A stretch of 64,000 nucleotides of DNA from an uncultured Gemmobacter sp. (GCA_964472135.1 CAYYJB010000001.1:67944-131943), one strand, 5' to 3'; positions 52,583 to 64,000 are shown, numbered from the stretch's first letter. A program made the numbers and translations. Notes: generated by a model from the sequence alone, not told the origin.

Positions 52583-54963
52583 TGGCGTTGCTGCGCGCCC
52601 TCGGCGCGATCGTGTGGCTCGTGCTTGTCGCGAGTTTCGGATCGGTTGCTCCGACGGCCGCGCAGGCGCCCGAGGTCGCCGCCTTCGATGCCGACGCCTG
52701 GAGCGCCTTCGCCGCTCGAGCAGAGGCGCGCATCGGCGATGCCGACACCGGGACCGACGCGCTGCGCACCCTGCGGGCCGAAATCGCCGACTGGCGCGCG
52801 CGCCTGCTCGCGGCGCAGGCCGCGAACCGCACCCGGCTAGAGACGCTGCGCGGCCAGATCGCCGCCCTTGGCCCGCCGCCCGCCGAGGGCACGACCGAGG
52901 CGCCCGAGATCGCGACGCGGCGGGCCGAACTGGACGCCCAGCTCCGGCGGCTCGAGGCACCTGCCATCGCCGCCGAAGAGGCATGGCGGCGTGCCGATGG
53001 ATTGATCGGCGAAATCGACCGCCTGTTGCGCGACCGTCAGGCGGCCGCGCTCATGACGCTCGGGCCGAGCCCGCTCAACCCGCTCAACTGGCAACCCGCG
53101 ATCGTGGCGCTCTCGGACGGTATCGGCGCTCCGCTGGCCGAGATCCGGAGCGATCTGTCAAGCCCCGCAGGCCGCGCCGAGGCGCTGAACAACCTGCCCG
53201 TCGCGCTCGGCTTTGCCATTCTCGCGGTCGTGCTCGTGCAGCGGGGGCGGCGCTGGATGGGCCGGCTGCGCGGCGCGATCGATGTGCGGTCCGCGCCACG
53301 CTGGCGCGGCATCCTGATGGCGCCCGCTTCGCTCGCGCAGGTGATCGTGCCGACCCTCGGCGTCCTTGCGGGCGTCATCGCCCTTGGCGAGACCGGTCTT
53401 GGCGGTGCCGCCACGGACGAACTTCTCTCGGTGCTGCCGGTTGCGGGCGCAGCGCTCTTTACCGCGCTCTGGCTGGCCGAGCGCGTCTTTCCCCAGCCCG
53501 GCACGGATGAGCCGCACCTGCCGCTGTCGGAGGATGCGCAGGTGCGGGGGCGCCTTCTTGTCGTGATGGTCGGCTGGATCCTTGCGGCTGATCTGCTGCT
53601 CGGGACGCTCATCGCGCCGCGCGGGGGGACAGGCGTTGCGGGCGTGGCCGCCGTCCTCGATTTTCCGCTGATCGTCCTCGGTGGGATCGTGCTGTGGCGG
53701 TTCGGCCGCATCCTGCGGCTCGCGCCGGCCGATGGGGCCGAGGCCGGCGCCGACGCCGGCGCGCCCACGGCCGAGGGCATGCCGCTGCGCGACCGGCTGG
53801 TGCGCCTCTTTGGCTTTGGCGCACGGGCCGCAGGCGCGCTGGCGCCCGTGCTCGGTGCGCTTGGCTATCTCGAGGCGGCGGGGATGCTCGTGATCTCGTC
53901 TTTCCTCTCGCTCGGGCTGGCGGGGCTCGTGATCGTCTTCCAGCGCCTGCTCGCGCGGCTCGCGCTCGCGCTGGCGGCGCAGGCGGGTGTGCGCGATCAG
54001 GGGGGCGAGGCGGCGGCGGGGTTGCTGCCCGTGCTGATCGGCTCCCTCCTGATCCTTGGGTCGCTGCCGCTCTTTGCCCTGATCTGGGGGGCGCAGGCGA
54101 CCGACCTGGCCGAGATCCGCGATCGCTTCCTCGCTGGTGTCCCGGTCGGCAACACGCGCATCTCGCCTACCGCGCTCATCTGGTTCGCGGTGGTCTTCGG
54201 CGCGATCTACAGCGCCACCCGCCTCGTGCAGGCGGGGCTGCGCAGTTCGGTCCTGCCGCGGACATCGCTCGATCAGGGTGGGCAGACCGCGATCGTGGCG
54301 GGGGTTGGCTATGTCGGCATCTTCCTTGCGGCCATCGCGGGCATCAGCGCGGCTGGGTTCGATCTGTCGTCGCTCGCGATCGTGGCGGGCGCGCTGTCGG
54401 TCGGCATTGGCTTCGGGTTGCAGAACATCGTCTCGAACTTCGTCGCGGGCATCATCCTGCTGATCGAGCGGCCGGTCTCCGAGGGCGACTGGATCGAGGT
54501 CGGCGGCGTGCAGGGGATCGTGCGTTCAATCTCGGTCCGCTCCACCCGGATCGAGACCTTCGACCGGACCGACGTGATCGTGCCCAACGCCGACCTGATC
54601 TCGAATCAGGTCACGAACTGGACGCATTTCAATCAGTCGGGTCGGCTGATCGTGCCCGTGGGCGTGGCCTACGGCACCGATACCCGCCGTGTCGCCGACA
54701 TCCTGACCGAGATCGCGCGCGCAACACCCGGCCTGCTTGCCCAGCCCGCGCCGATGGCCATCTTTGCCGGCTTCGGGCCGAGCAGCCTCGATTTCGAGTT
54801 GCGCGTGTTCCTGCGCGACGTCAACACCTCGGTCGTGACGCGCTCCGAGATCAACCACGCCATCGCCCACCGCTTCGCGCAGGCCGGGATCGAGATCCCC
54901 TTTCCCCAGCGCGAGGTGTGGCTGCGCACCCCCGCCGCCCATACGACCGAGGCCAGGACATGA
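52582..54963 (+). CDS. MscK/KefA-like mechanosensitive channel (MscS family)
   Basis: 793 aa. Signal, coiled periplasmic domain, many TM segments. MscS core GFGLQNIVSNFVAGIILLIERPVSEGDWIEV. Its ATG overlaps the cysK stop by 1 nt. Confidence 0.88.
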   Translation: MALLRALGAIVWLVLVASFGSVAPTAAQAPEVAAFDADAWSAFAARAEARIGDADTGTDALRTLRAEIADWRARLLAAQAANRTRLETLRGQIAALGPPPAEGTTEAPEIATRRAELDAQLRRLEAPAIAAEEAWRRADGLIGEIDRLLRDRQAAALMTLGPSPLNPLNWQPAIVALSDGIGAPLAEIRSDLSSPAGRAEALNNLPVALGFAILAVVLVQRGRRWMGRLRGAIDVRSAPRWRGILMAPASLAQVIVPTLGVLAGVIALGETGLGGAATDELLSVLPVAGAALFTALWLAERVFPQPGTDEPHLPLSEDAQVRGRLLVVMVGWILAADLLLGTLIAPRGGTGVAGVAAVLDFPLIVLGGIVLWRFGRILRLAPADGAEAGADAGAPTAEGMPLRDRLVRLFGFGARAAGALAPVLGALGYLEAAGMLVISSFLSLGLAGLVIVFQRLLARLALALAAQAGVRDQGGEAAAGLLPVLIGSLLILGSLPLFALIWGAQATDLAEIRDRFLAGVPVGNTRISPTALIWFAVVFGAIYSATRLVQAGLRSSVLPRTSLDQGGQTAIVAGVGYVGIFLAAIAGISAAGFDLSSLAIVAGALSVGIGFGLQNIVSNFVAGIILLIERPVSEGDWIEVGGVQGIVRSISVRSTRIETFDRTDVIVPNADLISNQVTNWTHFNQSGRLIVPVGVAYGTDTRRVADILTEIARATPGLLAQPAPMAIFAGFGPSSLDFELRVFLRDVNTSVVTRSEINHAIAHRFAQAGIEIPFPQREVWLRTPAAHTTEART

Positions 54964-55679
54964 CCGATCCCGTCTTTCGCACCGCTCCCTACCTGTCGAC
55001 GCTGCGCACCCGCATCCTTGCCCTGACCGAAGAGGGCGGCATCATTCCCGCCGCCTCGAACTTCTATCCGACCGGGGGCGGCCAGCCGGGCGATTCGGGC
55101 CATCTCTCATGGGATGGCGGGCGCGTCGCCATCGCGACGACGCTGAAGGGCGAGGGGGGCGGCATCGTCCTCTTGCCCGCCGAACCGGGTGGGCTGCCAC
55201 CTATCGGCGCCGAGGTCGAGCTTGCGTTGAACTGGGGCCGGCGCCACGCGCACATGCGCATGCACACCGCGTTGCACCTGCTGTCGGTCGTCGTGCCGCT
55301 GCCCGTCACCGGCGGCGCCATTGCCGAGGGGCGCGGTCGACTCGATTTCGACATGCCCGACCCACCCGGCGATGGCTACCGGATCGAGCGCGACCTCAAT
55401 GCGCTGATCGCGCGCGACCTGCCGGTCACCGACGACTGGATCACGGATGCCGAGCTCGAGGCCAACCCGGGCCTCGTCAAGACGATGTCGGTGCGCCCGC
55501 CGACGGGGCAGGGGCGGGTGCGGCTGGTGCGGATCGGGCAGGGGGCCGAGCAGGTTGACCTCCAGCCCTGCGGCGGCACCCATGTCGCCAGAACCGGCGA
55601 GATCGGCGTCGTGAGCGTGGCGAAGATCGAGAACAAGGGCCGTCAGAACAGGCGCATCACGCTCGAACTTCAGGTCTGA
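54960..55679 (+). CDS. alanyl-tRNA editing protein (AlaX-like)
   Basis: 239 aa. Zinc motifs HMRMHTALH and CGGTH. ATGA overlap with the channel gene. Confidence 0.85.
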   Translation: MTDPVFRTAPYLSTLRTRILALTEEGGIIPAASNFYPTGGGQPGDSGHLSWDGGRVAIATTLKGEGGGIVLLPAEPGGLPPIGAEVELALNWGRRHAHMRMHTALHLLSVVVPLPVTGGAIAEGRGRLDFDMPDPPGDGYRIERDLNALIARDLPVTDDWITDAELEANPGLVKTMSVRPPTGQGRVRLVRIGQGAEQVDLQPCGGTHVARTGEIGVVSVAKIENKGRQNRRITLELQV

Positions 55680-56826
55680 GGGGCGGTGCCTTCGCGTCCT
55701 CTTCGAGCGTGCCGTCGAGCGTCGGTCGCGTGTCCGGCACCCCGTCGCGCGACAGCAGCACCGCCAGCGGGCGCAGCCCCTCGACATGGGCGCACACGAT
55801 CATCAGCGCAACCATGATCGGCACGGCGAGGAACATCCCCGCCACCCCCCACACCGCCGCCCAGAAGGCAAGCGAGAGCAGGATCCCGAAGGAGGAAAGC
55901 CGAAGCGCGCGGCCGAGCAGCAGCGGATCGAGCACCATCCCCACCACGAACTGGATCGAGGTCAGCGTCGCCATAAGACCAAGCGTCAGCACCGTGTCGC
56001 CAGTCTGGACATAGCCCACCAGCGTTGCCGCGATCGTGGCGACGATTGAGCCGACATTGGGGATGAAATTCAGCACGAAGGTCAGCACACCGACGGCAAG
56101 CGCCAGTTCCAGCCCGAACGTCGTCATCGCGAGGAAGGCGAGCGCGCCCGTCACGGCGCTGACCAGCGTCTTGACCAGAAGATATCGGTTCACCCGGTGG
56201 ATGATCGAACCGATGACCTTCTCGGCCTGGCGCGCGCGTGCCGGATCGCCGAAAAGCTGCGTCAGCTTGGCCGAGAAGAACAGCCGCTCGGCAAAGAGGA
56301 ACCCGACAAACAGCACGATCAGCACGACCCCCGAGAGGATCCCGCTCGCCTGTCCGGCCAGGGTCCGCAGATAGTCGGCCACCCGGAACTGCTGCATCGA
56401 GAGCAGCACCGCCGCCTCGACATCCTCGCCCATCCACGAGAATAGCTCCGCCACCGCGCGCTGCGCGGGGTCGGTGTATTGCGCGACCGTCGTCACCACC
56501 GTGTTGGCCTGCGACAGGAAGAGGCCCGCGAGCGCGAACAGGAAACTCGCGATGATGCCGAGTGCCACGATGCTGGCTGCGACCGGCGGGATGCGCAGCC
56601 GCCCGATCCGCGCCCCGCCGACCCAGCGGATCACATCCGAGGTCAGGCTGAAGAGGATGATCGCGATCACGAGCGATATGAGGATGAAGCGCGCCTGCAC
56701 CAGCAGGAACAGCACCACCGCGAAGGCGATGATGCCGAGCAGCCACGCCTGAAGCCGCGACCCGGAAACGACCATGCGCCCGGGGCTCTCGGCGGCGCGC
56801 GCAACCAGATCCTGATCCCCGGGCAT
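55657..56826 (-). CDS. AI-2E (PerM/UPF0118) family transporter
   Basis: 389 aa from ATG 56824-56826 (RBS AGGGA). About 8 TM segments with family-typical layout. Its 3' end overlaps alaX by 23 nt (convergent). Confidence 0.82.
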   Translation of the reverse strand: MPGDQDLVARAAESPGRMVVSGSRLQAWLLGIIAFAVVLFLLVQARFILISLVIAIILFSLTSDVIRWVGGARIGRLRIPPVAASIVALGIIASFLFALAGLFLSQANTVVTTVAQYTDPAQRAVAELFSWMGEDVEAAVLLSMQQFRVADYLRTLAGQASGILSGVVLIVLFVGFLFAERLFFSAKLTQLFGDPARARQAEKVIGSIIHRVNRYLLVKTLVSAVTGALAFLAMTTFGLELALAVGVLTFVLNFIPNVGSIVATIAATLVGYVQTGDTVLTLGLMATLTSIQFVVGMVLDPLLLGRALRLSSFGILLSLAFWAAVWGVAGMFLAVPIMVALMIVCAHVEGLRPLAVLLSRDGVPDTRPTLDGTLEEDAKAPPLRPEVRA

Positions 56827-56960
56827 CACCCATCCCTAAAAAATCGCCCCGAGGATGCCGCGATGGAGCGGGTTGCGCAAGGGCCGGGCGCCATTTTCCG
56901 TCCGGCGACGCTGCCCGACCACGGCGTGGCCCGGAACTCGGGAACACTGACCCCTTGGGA

Positions 56961-57419
56961 TCAGCCCGGGATGGCCGGGGAGAAGGCGTGACCCTCGGGT
57001 GCAAGGATCGTGCATTCGCGCAGGCCGTGGGGCTTGGTCGCCGGCGGCTCGAGCAGCACCCCACCCGCCGCCTCGGCGCGCCGGGCGGCACCGTCGGGAT
57101 CGATCCCGAAGAGATAAAATTGCAGCCCGCTGCCGCGCGGCGCGCCCTCGGGCAGGAGCGCGTGAAGCGGGTGGCGCGCGAAGGTCCGGTCGGCATGGAG
57201 CTGGATCAGCGCCCCGTCATGGTCAAGAAGCGCGAAATCGGCCGAGACGCGATGAGAGCGCAACCCGAACACCTCCGCCATGAAGCGGACCATGGCTGGA
57301 ACGTCGCGGACGATGAGGTTCACGCCGACACCGCGCAGCCGGTGGGCAAAGACGGTGGCGGGCACGGTTTCGAGATCGGATGCCGGCTCGGCCATCGGAT
57401 CGGAAGAAGGGCCGGACAT
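56961..57419 (-). CDS. VOC (glyoxalase/bleomycin-resistance/dioxygenase) family protein
   Basis: 152 aa from ATG 57417-57419 (RBS AGAGGAG). It occupies the C-terminal end of an 824-aa shadow ORF; only this part looks like a protein. Confidence 0.65.
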   Translation of the reverse strand: MSGPSSDPMAEPASDLETVPATVFAHRLRGVGVNLIVRDVPAMVRFMAEVFGLRSHRVSADFALLDHDGALIQLHADRTFARHPLHALLPEGAPRGSGLQFYLFGIDPDGAARRAEAAGGVLLEPPATKPHGLRECTILAPEGHAFSPAIPG

Positions 57420-57617
57420 GTCGGGCGCTCCTCTGCGGCTGGTCGGGTGCGTGCTCGGGCCGTGGACGGCGCAAGACGGCGTAGCGCGCGGCGGGGCGAG
57501 CGTCAACGAACCGGCGGGATCGGCGGCCGCCGTGGGGCCGATGCCGCCCATCTGCCCTTGCCGCCGAGGATGTGAGAAGGTCTCATCGATCAGGGAATCA
57601 CCCGACCGGAGCCGGCT

Positions 57618-58616
57618 ATGACCGCACGCCCCCCCGCATCGCCGGTTCCGCCGCTGCCGCGTCCGTCCGTGGCGCCGGGGGGCGGGGGATGGCGACGCAC
57701 CCCACCCGCGATCTTTCCGGCGATCCTCGGCCTCTGGGGGATCGGGCTCGGCTGGCGCGCGGCGGGCGAGGCGGCGGGGTTCGGCCCGGCGCCGGGCGAG
57801 GTGATCCTCGGCGCGGTGTTCCTGCTGTGGCTCGGCGCGCTTCTTGCCTATGGCGCCAAGGTCGCGCGCCGGCCGGGCGTGCTCGCCGAAGAGGTGCGGG
57901 TGCTGCCGGGGCAATCGGGGCTCGCGGCGCTCGGGATGGCGACGATGGCGGGGGCGGGGGGCGTGCTGCCCCATGCGCCGGGCATCGGGGCGGCGATGCT
58001 GGTTGCCGGTTTCGTCGCGCATGTGGCGCTGGCGGTCGTGATGGCGCGGCGGCTGCTTGCCGCCCCGCCCGAGGGGCGCGCCTTCAACCCGGTCTGGCAC
58101 ATGATCTTCGTCGGCCCGATTCTGGCCGTCGCCCCCGCCGCCGCGCTCGGGTTCGGGCTGGCGGCCGCCGCGATCCTTGCGGTGACGCTGGCCAATGCGG
58201 TCGTGCTCTGGCTCGCGGGCGGCCGGGCGCTCGCGCGTGCGCGCCCGCCGGGCCCGCTCAGGCCGACGCTCGCGATCCACCTCGCGCCCGCAAGCCTTGC
58301 GGTCATCGGCGCCCTCGCGGTCGGGGCGGGCTGGCTCGTGCCGGTCGCGGCGGTCTGGACGCTCGGGCTGCTGGTCGCGCTGCTGGCCTCGGCGCGCTGG
58401 CTGACGGCGGCGGGGTTCTCGCCGATGTGGGGGGCGTTCACCTTTCCGCTCGCGGCGGCGGCGCGCGCGCTGATCGAGGCGGGCGGGGCCTTTGCCGTCG
58501 CGGGGGCACTTGCGCTCGCGCTCGCGACGCTGATCGTGCCGTGGATCGCGCTGCGGATCCTGCGGATGTGGGCCGACGGCACGCTGGCCGAGCGCACGAA
58601 CGCCGCCACCGCCTGA
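57618..58616 (+). CDS. TDT/SLAC1-family (TehA-like) anion transporter
   Basis: 332 aa with about 10 hydrophobic segments. TehA-like pattern (PAIFPAILGLWGIGLGW...FTFPLAA). Confidence 0.7.
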   Translation: MTARPPASPVPPLPRPSVAPGGGGWRRTPPAIFPAILGLWGIGLGWRAAGEAAGFGPAPGEVILGAVFLLWLGALLAYGAKVARRPGVLAEEVRVLPGQSGLAALGMATMAGAGGVLPHAPGIGAAMLVAGFVAHVALAVVMARRLLAAPPEGRAFNPVWHMIFVGPILAVAPAAALGFGLAAAAILAVTLANAVVLWLAGGRALARARPPGPLRPTLAIHLAPASLAVIGALAVGAGWLVPVAAVWTLGLLVALLASARWLTAAGFSPMWGAFTFPLAAAARALIEAGGAFAVAGALALALATLIVPWIALRILRMWADGTLAERTNAATA

Positions 58617-60134
<1,518 letters not shown>

Positions 60135-60137
60135 GCG

Positions 60138-60311
60138 GTGCTGTGGCTGCTGCTCCTGTGCTTTTGCGTGGGGCTTGCGGTCGTGGCCCTCTTTACCCGC
60201 GAGGGGCGGGGGTGTCTGGCGGGGGCGGTCGGGCTTGCGGTCGCGATCGTCGCGATCACGGCGTTCGGGGCCGCGATCCTTGCGGGGCTCGTGCTCCTGC
60301 TCCTTGGCTGA
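60138..60311 (+). CDS. possible 57-aa two-TM small membrane protein (below the ORF-track cutoff)
   Basis: GTG 60138 lies 3 nt after the guaB stop. Product VLWLLLLCFCVGLAVVALFTREGRGCLAGAVGLAVAIVAITAFGAAILAGLVLLLLG. 50 of 57 codons end in G/C. No clear RBS. Confidence 0.35.
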   Translation: MLWLLLLCFCVGLAVVALFTREGRGCLAGAVGLAVAIVAITAFGAAILAGLVLLLLG

Positions 60312-60391
60312 GGCGAAATGCCCCATCCTGTCCGGGGCTTGCAGGTGGGGCAGGGAAGCCCCAGCTTCTCCCGGGGTTGCTGAGGGATGCC

Positions 60392-61354
60392 ATGCGTTAC
60401 GCCTGTGTTCGTGCCGTTCTGTCTGCCGTCGCTCTCGGTCTCGCGCTGCCCGCGGCGGCGGCCGAGACGCGCGTCGTCGCGACCGTCGCCATGGTCGGCG
60501 ATCTGGCGCGCGCGGTCGCGGGGGAATGCGCGCGGGTCGATGTGCTGATGGGGCCGGGGATCGATCCGCACCTCTATGCCCCCCGCCCGTCGGATCTGCG
60601 GCTTCTGCGCGATGCCGATCTGGTGCTCCATGTCGGGCTCGGGCTCGAGGGGCGTTTCGGCGCGCTTCTGGGCCAGATGGGGCCGGCCGCCCTCGCCGTG
60701 GCCGAGGCGCTGCCCGAGGGTGCGGTGGTGACGGGCCCCGAAGGCGGGCCTGACCCGCATCTGTGGATGGATCCCGCCCTCTGGGCCGGCACGATCGGGC
60801 CGATGGCGGATGCGTTGGCGGCGCTTGCGCCCGGCTGCGCGGCGGATATGGCGGCCCGCGCCGACGCGCTCGGGGCGGAACTGGCCGCGCTCGACGGCTG
60901 GGTCGCGGCGGGCATCGCCACCATCCCCGAACCCGCCCGCGTGCTGGTGACCGCGCATGACGCGTTCGGCTATTTCGCCCGCCGCTACGGGCTCGAGGAG
61001 GCCGCGCTGCAGGGCTTCTCGACCGAGGCAGAGGCGAGCATCGCCGACATCTCGGAAACCGCTGCCCTCGTGATCGCGCGCGGCGTGCCGGCCGTTTTCG
61101 TCGAGACGACGGTCAACCCCCGGGCCGTCGCGGCGCTGACCGAGGCGGTCGCGGCGCAGGGCGGATCGGTCGCGATCGGACCCGAACTCTTCTCCGACGC
61201 GATGGGCGACCCCGCGACGCCCGAAGGCAGCTATGTCGGCATGATCCGCCACAACGCGCTGGCGATCATCGGCGCACTCGGCGGCACGCCGGCGCCCTGG
61301 CCCGAGGCGCTCGGGCCCTGGGCCGCGCGGCAAGGGATTGCCAACGGGGGCTAG
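60392..61354 (+). CDS. metal (Mn/Fe-type, cluster A-I) ABC transporter substrate-binding protein
   Basis: 320 aa from ATG 60392 (RBS GAGGGA). Signal peptide. PHLY, PHLWMDP and TAHDAFGYF motifs. No His-rich ZnuA loop. Confidence 0.88.
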   Translation: MRYACVRAVLSAVALGLALPAAAAETRVVATVAMVGDLARAVAGECARVDVLMGPGIDPHLYAPRPSDLRLLRDADLVLHVGLGLEGRFGALLGQMGPAALAVAEALPEGAVVTGPEGGPDPHLWMDPALWAGTIGPMADALAALAPGCAADMAARADALGAELAALDGWVAAGIATIPEPARVLVTAHDAFGYFARRYGLEEAALQGFSTEAEASIADISETAALVIARGVPAVFVETTVNPRAVAALTEAVAAQGGSVAIGPELFSDAMGDPATPEGSYVGMIRHNALAIIGALGGTPAPWPEALGPWAARQGIANGG

Positions 61355-61389
61355 GCGGGCCACATCTGGCATCAAACCCCGGCCGGACC

Positions 61390-62160
61390 ATGCCCGACAC
61401 CCCCCTGCACGAACCCCACATCGCCTGCCACATCGAGGATCTGACGGTCAGCTATCGCGACCGTCCGGTGCTGTGGGACATCGACATCGATGTGCCGCCG
61501 GGCGTGATGGCGGCGATCGTGGGGCCGAACGGGGCTGGGAAGTCGACGCTGCTCAAGGCAGCACTCGGCCTCGTGCCGCCCGTTGCCGGGCATGTGCGCT
61601 TTTTCGGGCGGCCCTATGCGCAGGCGCGCCGCCGCGTCGCCTATGTGCCGCAACGCGCGAGCGTCGACTGGGATTTTCCCGCGACGGCGCATGATGTGGT
61701 GATGATGGGCCTTTATGGCCGGCTTGGCTGGTTGCGCCGCCCCGGCCGGGCAGAGCGGGCGCGCGCCGATGCCGCCCTCGAGGCCGTCGGCATGGCCGAT
61801 TTCGCGCGCCGCCAGATCGGCGAGCTGTCGGGCGGCCAGCAGCAGCGCGTCTTCATCGCGCGCGCCCTCGTGCAGGAGGCCGACCTCGTCTTGCTCGATG
61901 AGCCGATGGCGGGCGTCGATGCCGTGACCGAGCGCGCCATCGTCGCGATCCTCAAGGGCTTGCGCGATCAGGGGCGCACCATCGTCGTCGTCCATCACGA
62001 CCTGCAGACGGTGCGCGCCTATTTCGACTGGCTCGTGCTGCTCAATGTCCGGGTGATCGCGCAGGGGCCGGTGGCCGAGGTCTATACGGGTGCCAACCTG
62101 CGCGCGACCTATGGCGGGCAGGCCGCGCTCATTGCGCCCGAGGGGCCGGCCGCGCCATGA
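61390..62160 (+). CDS. metal ABC transporter ATP-binding protein
   Basis: Walker [10 protein letters not shown], signature LSGGQQQR, Walker B LLDEP. Confidence 0.93.
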   Translation: MPDTPLHEPHIACHIEDLTVSYRDRPVLWDIDIDVPPGVMAAIVGPNGAGKSTLLKAALGLVPPVAGHVRFFGRPYAQARRRVAYVPQRASVDWDFPATAHDVVMMGLYGRLGWLRRPGRAERARADAALEAVGMADFARRQIGELSGGQQQRVFIARALVQEADLVLLDEPMAGVDAVTERAIVAILKGLRDQGRTIVVVHHDLQTVRAYFDWLVLLNVRVIAQGPVAEVYTGANLRATYGGQAALIAPEGPAAP

Positions 62161-63278
62161 TCGGGCTCTGGTCCACGCTGGGCGGGCACACGGGCCTGAC
62201 GGTGGTGGCGGGATCGGCCCTGATCGGGATGGTCGCGGGCGTGCTTGGCGCATTTGCCCTTTTGCGCCGCCAGAGCCTGCTTGGCGACACGCTGAGCCAC
62301 GCGGCCCTTCCGGGCGTCTGCGCGGGCTTCCTGCTCGCGGGGGCGCGCGATCCGCTCGCGATCCTCGCGGGCGCGCTCGGGGCGGGGATGCTCGCGGCGC
62401 TTGCGGTCACGGCGATCCCGCGCGTCTCGCGGCTGAAGCCCGACGCGGCGATGGCCATCGTGCTGTCGGGGTTCTTCGCGGTGGGGGTCGTGCTCCTGTC
62501 GGTGGTGCAGGGGCTGGCGACGGGGGCGCAGGCGGGGCTTGCGGATTTCCTCTTCGGGCAGGCGGCCGCGATCCTTCGGGGCGATCTGATCGTAATGGGG
62601 GCGGTGGCGGCGCTCTGCCTCGGGCTTGTCGCGCTCGGCTGGAAGGAATGCGGGATCGTGGCCTTCGACCCCGACCTCGCGCGGGTGCAGGGCATCCCGG
62701 CGGGAGCGGTGCAGGCGGGGCTGACGGCGCTGATGGCGCTCGCGATCGTGGTCGGGCTGCAGGTGGTCGGGGTGGTGCTGATGGTGGCGCTGCTCATTGC
62801 GCCGGCGGTGGCGGCGCGGCTCTGGGCGCAGCGGCTCGGGGCGATGGTCATCCTCTCGGGGGTGCTGGGCGCCGTCTCGGGGATCGTGGGGGCCGTCGTC
62901 AGCGCAGTGCATCGCGATGTCGCGACGGGCCCGGTGATCGTGCTGGTGGCGATCGGGGGGGTGGTGGCCTCGCTCGTGCTCGCGCCGCGCAGGGGCATGA
63001 TCGCGGTCTGGCGGCGCCGGCGGGCCGAACGGGCGGCGCTCGATCAGGGGGCGGTGCTTGCGGTGCTGCGCGATCTGGCGCGCGCGCATGGCGATCCGGC
63101 CTATCGCGCCGAGGCCGGGATGCTCGACGCAGCGCTCGGGGCGCGCAGCCGCGGCGCGCTCGCGGCGCTCGCGCGCGCGGGGCTGGCGCGCGAGGTCGCG
63201 CACCCGCCCGAGACGACGCCGCACTGGGAACTGACCGAGGCCGGCCGCCGCCGCCTCGCGGCCGAGGGGCGCGATTGA
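62157..63278 (+). CDS. metal ABC transporter permease (ABC-3 family) with ~85-aa C-terminal winged-helix-like extension
   Basis: 373 aa. ATGA overlap with the ATPase. The ABC-3 core ends near residue 285. The tail contains [34 protein letters not shown]. Confidence 0.88.
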   Translation: MIGLWSTLGGHTGLTVVAGSALIGMVAGVLGAFALLRRQSLLGDTLSHAALPGVCAGFLLAGARDPLAILAGALGAGMLAALAVTAIPRVSRLKPDAAMAIVLSGFFAVGVVLLSVVQGLATGAQAGLADFLFGQAAAILRGDLIVMGAVAALCLGLVALGWKECGIVAFDPDLARVQGIPAGAVQAGLTALMALAIVVGLQVVGVVLMVALLIAPAVAARLWAQRLGAMVILSGVLGAVSGIVGAVVSAVHRDVATGPVIVLVAIGGVVASLVLAPRRGMIAVWRRRRAERAALDQGAVLAVLRDLARAHGDPAYRAEAGMLDAALGARSRGALAALARAGLAREVAHPPETTPHWELTEAGRRRLAAEGRD

Positions 63279-64000
63279 TGGGCGATCTGCTCGGGATCGA
63301 GGGGGCGATCGCGCTGACGGGGGCGCTCCTCGTGCTGGCGGCGGTGCCGCTCGGGCTGCTGCTCGTGCTGCGCGGGGCGGCGATGATGACCGATGCGGTC
63401 TCGCATGCGGTGGTGCTCGGGATCGTGCTCGTGTGGATGGCGACGGGGATCGTCTCGGGCCCGGTGCAGATCGCGGGGGCGGCGGCGGCGGGGCTTGGCT
63501 GCGTGCTGCTGGCCGAGGCGCTCGGGCGCGCGCGGCTGATCCGCAGCGATGCCGCGACGGGGCTTGCCTTCAGCGCCTTCTTCGCGCTGGGCGTGCTGCT
63601 CATCAACCTCAACGCCGGGAACGTCCATATCGACGCGGACACGGTGCTGCTCGGGGAAATCGGGCTCGTATGGCTCAACACCGTGCCCGTCGGCGGGGCC
63701 GAGGTGCCGGTCGCCGTCCTCGCTCTCGCGTCGGTGGCGGTGCTGAACGGGGCCTTCGTCGGCCTCTTCTGGAAGGAGTTGAAGCTCGCGACCTTCGATC
63801 CCGCCCTGGCCGCGGCGCTGGGCTTCGCGCCGGCGGCACTCGGCCTCGTCACGCTCGGGCTGATGAGTGCCACCGCGGTCGCGGCCTTCGATGCGGTAGG
63901 GGTCGTCCTCTTCGTGGCGCTGACGGTCTGTCCCGCGGCGACGGCGCTCGTGCTCACCGACCGGCTGGGGCGGGCGCTGGGGATTGCGCTGGCGGCGGGC
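63278..64000 (+). CDS. metal ABC transporter permease, second subunit (3' end outside window)
   Basis: ATG 63278 overlaps the upstream TGA by 1 nt. The frame stays open to the window end. ABC-3-type sequence (MMTDAVSHAVVLGIV...FWKELKLATFDP). Not in the ORF track because no stop lies in the window. Confidence 0.85.
   Translation, partial: MGDLLGIEGAIALTGALLVLAAVPLGLLLVLRGAAMMTDAVSHAVVLGIVLVWMATGIVSGPVQIAGAAAAGLGCVLLAEALGRARLIRSDAATGLAFSAFFALGVLLINLNAGNVHIDADTVLLGEIGLVWLNTVPVGGAEVPVAVLALASVAVLNGAFVGLFWKELKLATFDPALAAALGFAPAALGLVTLGLMSATAVAAFDAVGVVLFVALTVCPAATALVLTDRLGRALGIALAAG

Noticed and set aside
56836-56850. T6 run (CGATTTTTTAGGG on the minus strand) as a terminator for the VOC gene
   Set aside because: No stable stem precedes it (3-4 bp at best), and it sits only a few nt upstream of the RBS of the AI-2E transporter gene. 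It is more likely leader sequence.
60312-60391. Fur/Mur/MntR box or Mn riboswitch upstream of the metal ABC transporter
   Set aside because: No AT-rich palindrome or riboswitch-sized conserved leader is visible. Only GC-rich short stems (CCCC...GGGG) are present.

Overview
Very GC-rich DNA: typical 60-nt lines I counted were 72-78% G+C. The proteins look alphaproteobacterial (Rhodobacterales-like). The window is gene-dense, with about 62 credible protein genes, many joined by ATGA/TGATG start-stop overlaps. I recognised no rRNA, tRNA, CRISPR array, transposase, integrase or phage gene.

Layout:
(i) 1-20.8 kb is an accessory-looking catabolic island with three regulators (GntR, LysR, TetR). 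It holds a NitT/TauT-type ABC importer, a LigW/ACMSD-type amidohydrolase and a PuuE-like deacetylase. It also holds an LLM monooxygenase, a flavin reductase, an enol-lactonase-like hydrolase and a HIBADH-like dehydrogenase. The rest is a cupin, an FAD monooxygenase, a cyclase, a CoxM-S-L-type molybdenum hydroxylase and a CMD-family protein.
(ii) 20.9-29.3 kb holds a lipoprotein serralysin-like RTX metalloprotease of lower GC, an AEC transporter, an ArnT-like glycosyltransferase coupled to a PAP2 phosphatase, gap, a MocE/MocD-like Rieske plus membrane di-iron hydroxylase pair, and a GATase1 protein.
(iii) 29.3-47.3 kb encodes almost only exported or membrane redox proteins. These are an IorA/IorB/tri-haem cytochrome c dehydrogenase, a truncated sox locus (fused soxYZ, fccAB, soxXA, no soxB/CD), two Sel1-repeat proteins and a fasciclin protein. 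The most unusual unit in the window also sits here: a translationally coupled NosR-like / ApbE / CueO-like multicopper oxidase operon, preceded by an Ala-rich 33-residue-repeat protein.
(iv) 47.5-64 kb holds housekeeping and stress genes: a class-V aminotransferase, photolyase, a cfa-like methylase, a cysK-like gene, an MscK-like channel, AlaX, an AI-2E transporter, a VOC protein, a TehA-like transporter and guaB. It ends with a Sit/Mnt-type metal ABC transporter whose first permease carries a winged-helix-like tail.

Two candidate operators are supported by repeated AT-rich motifs, one for the GntR and one for the TetR regulator. All family calls rest on motifs and similarity recognised by eye; no database search was run.
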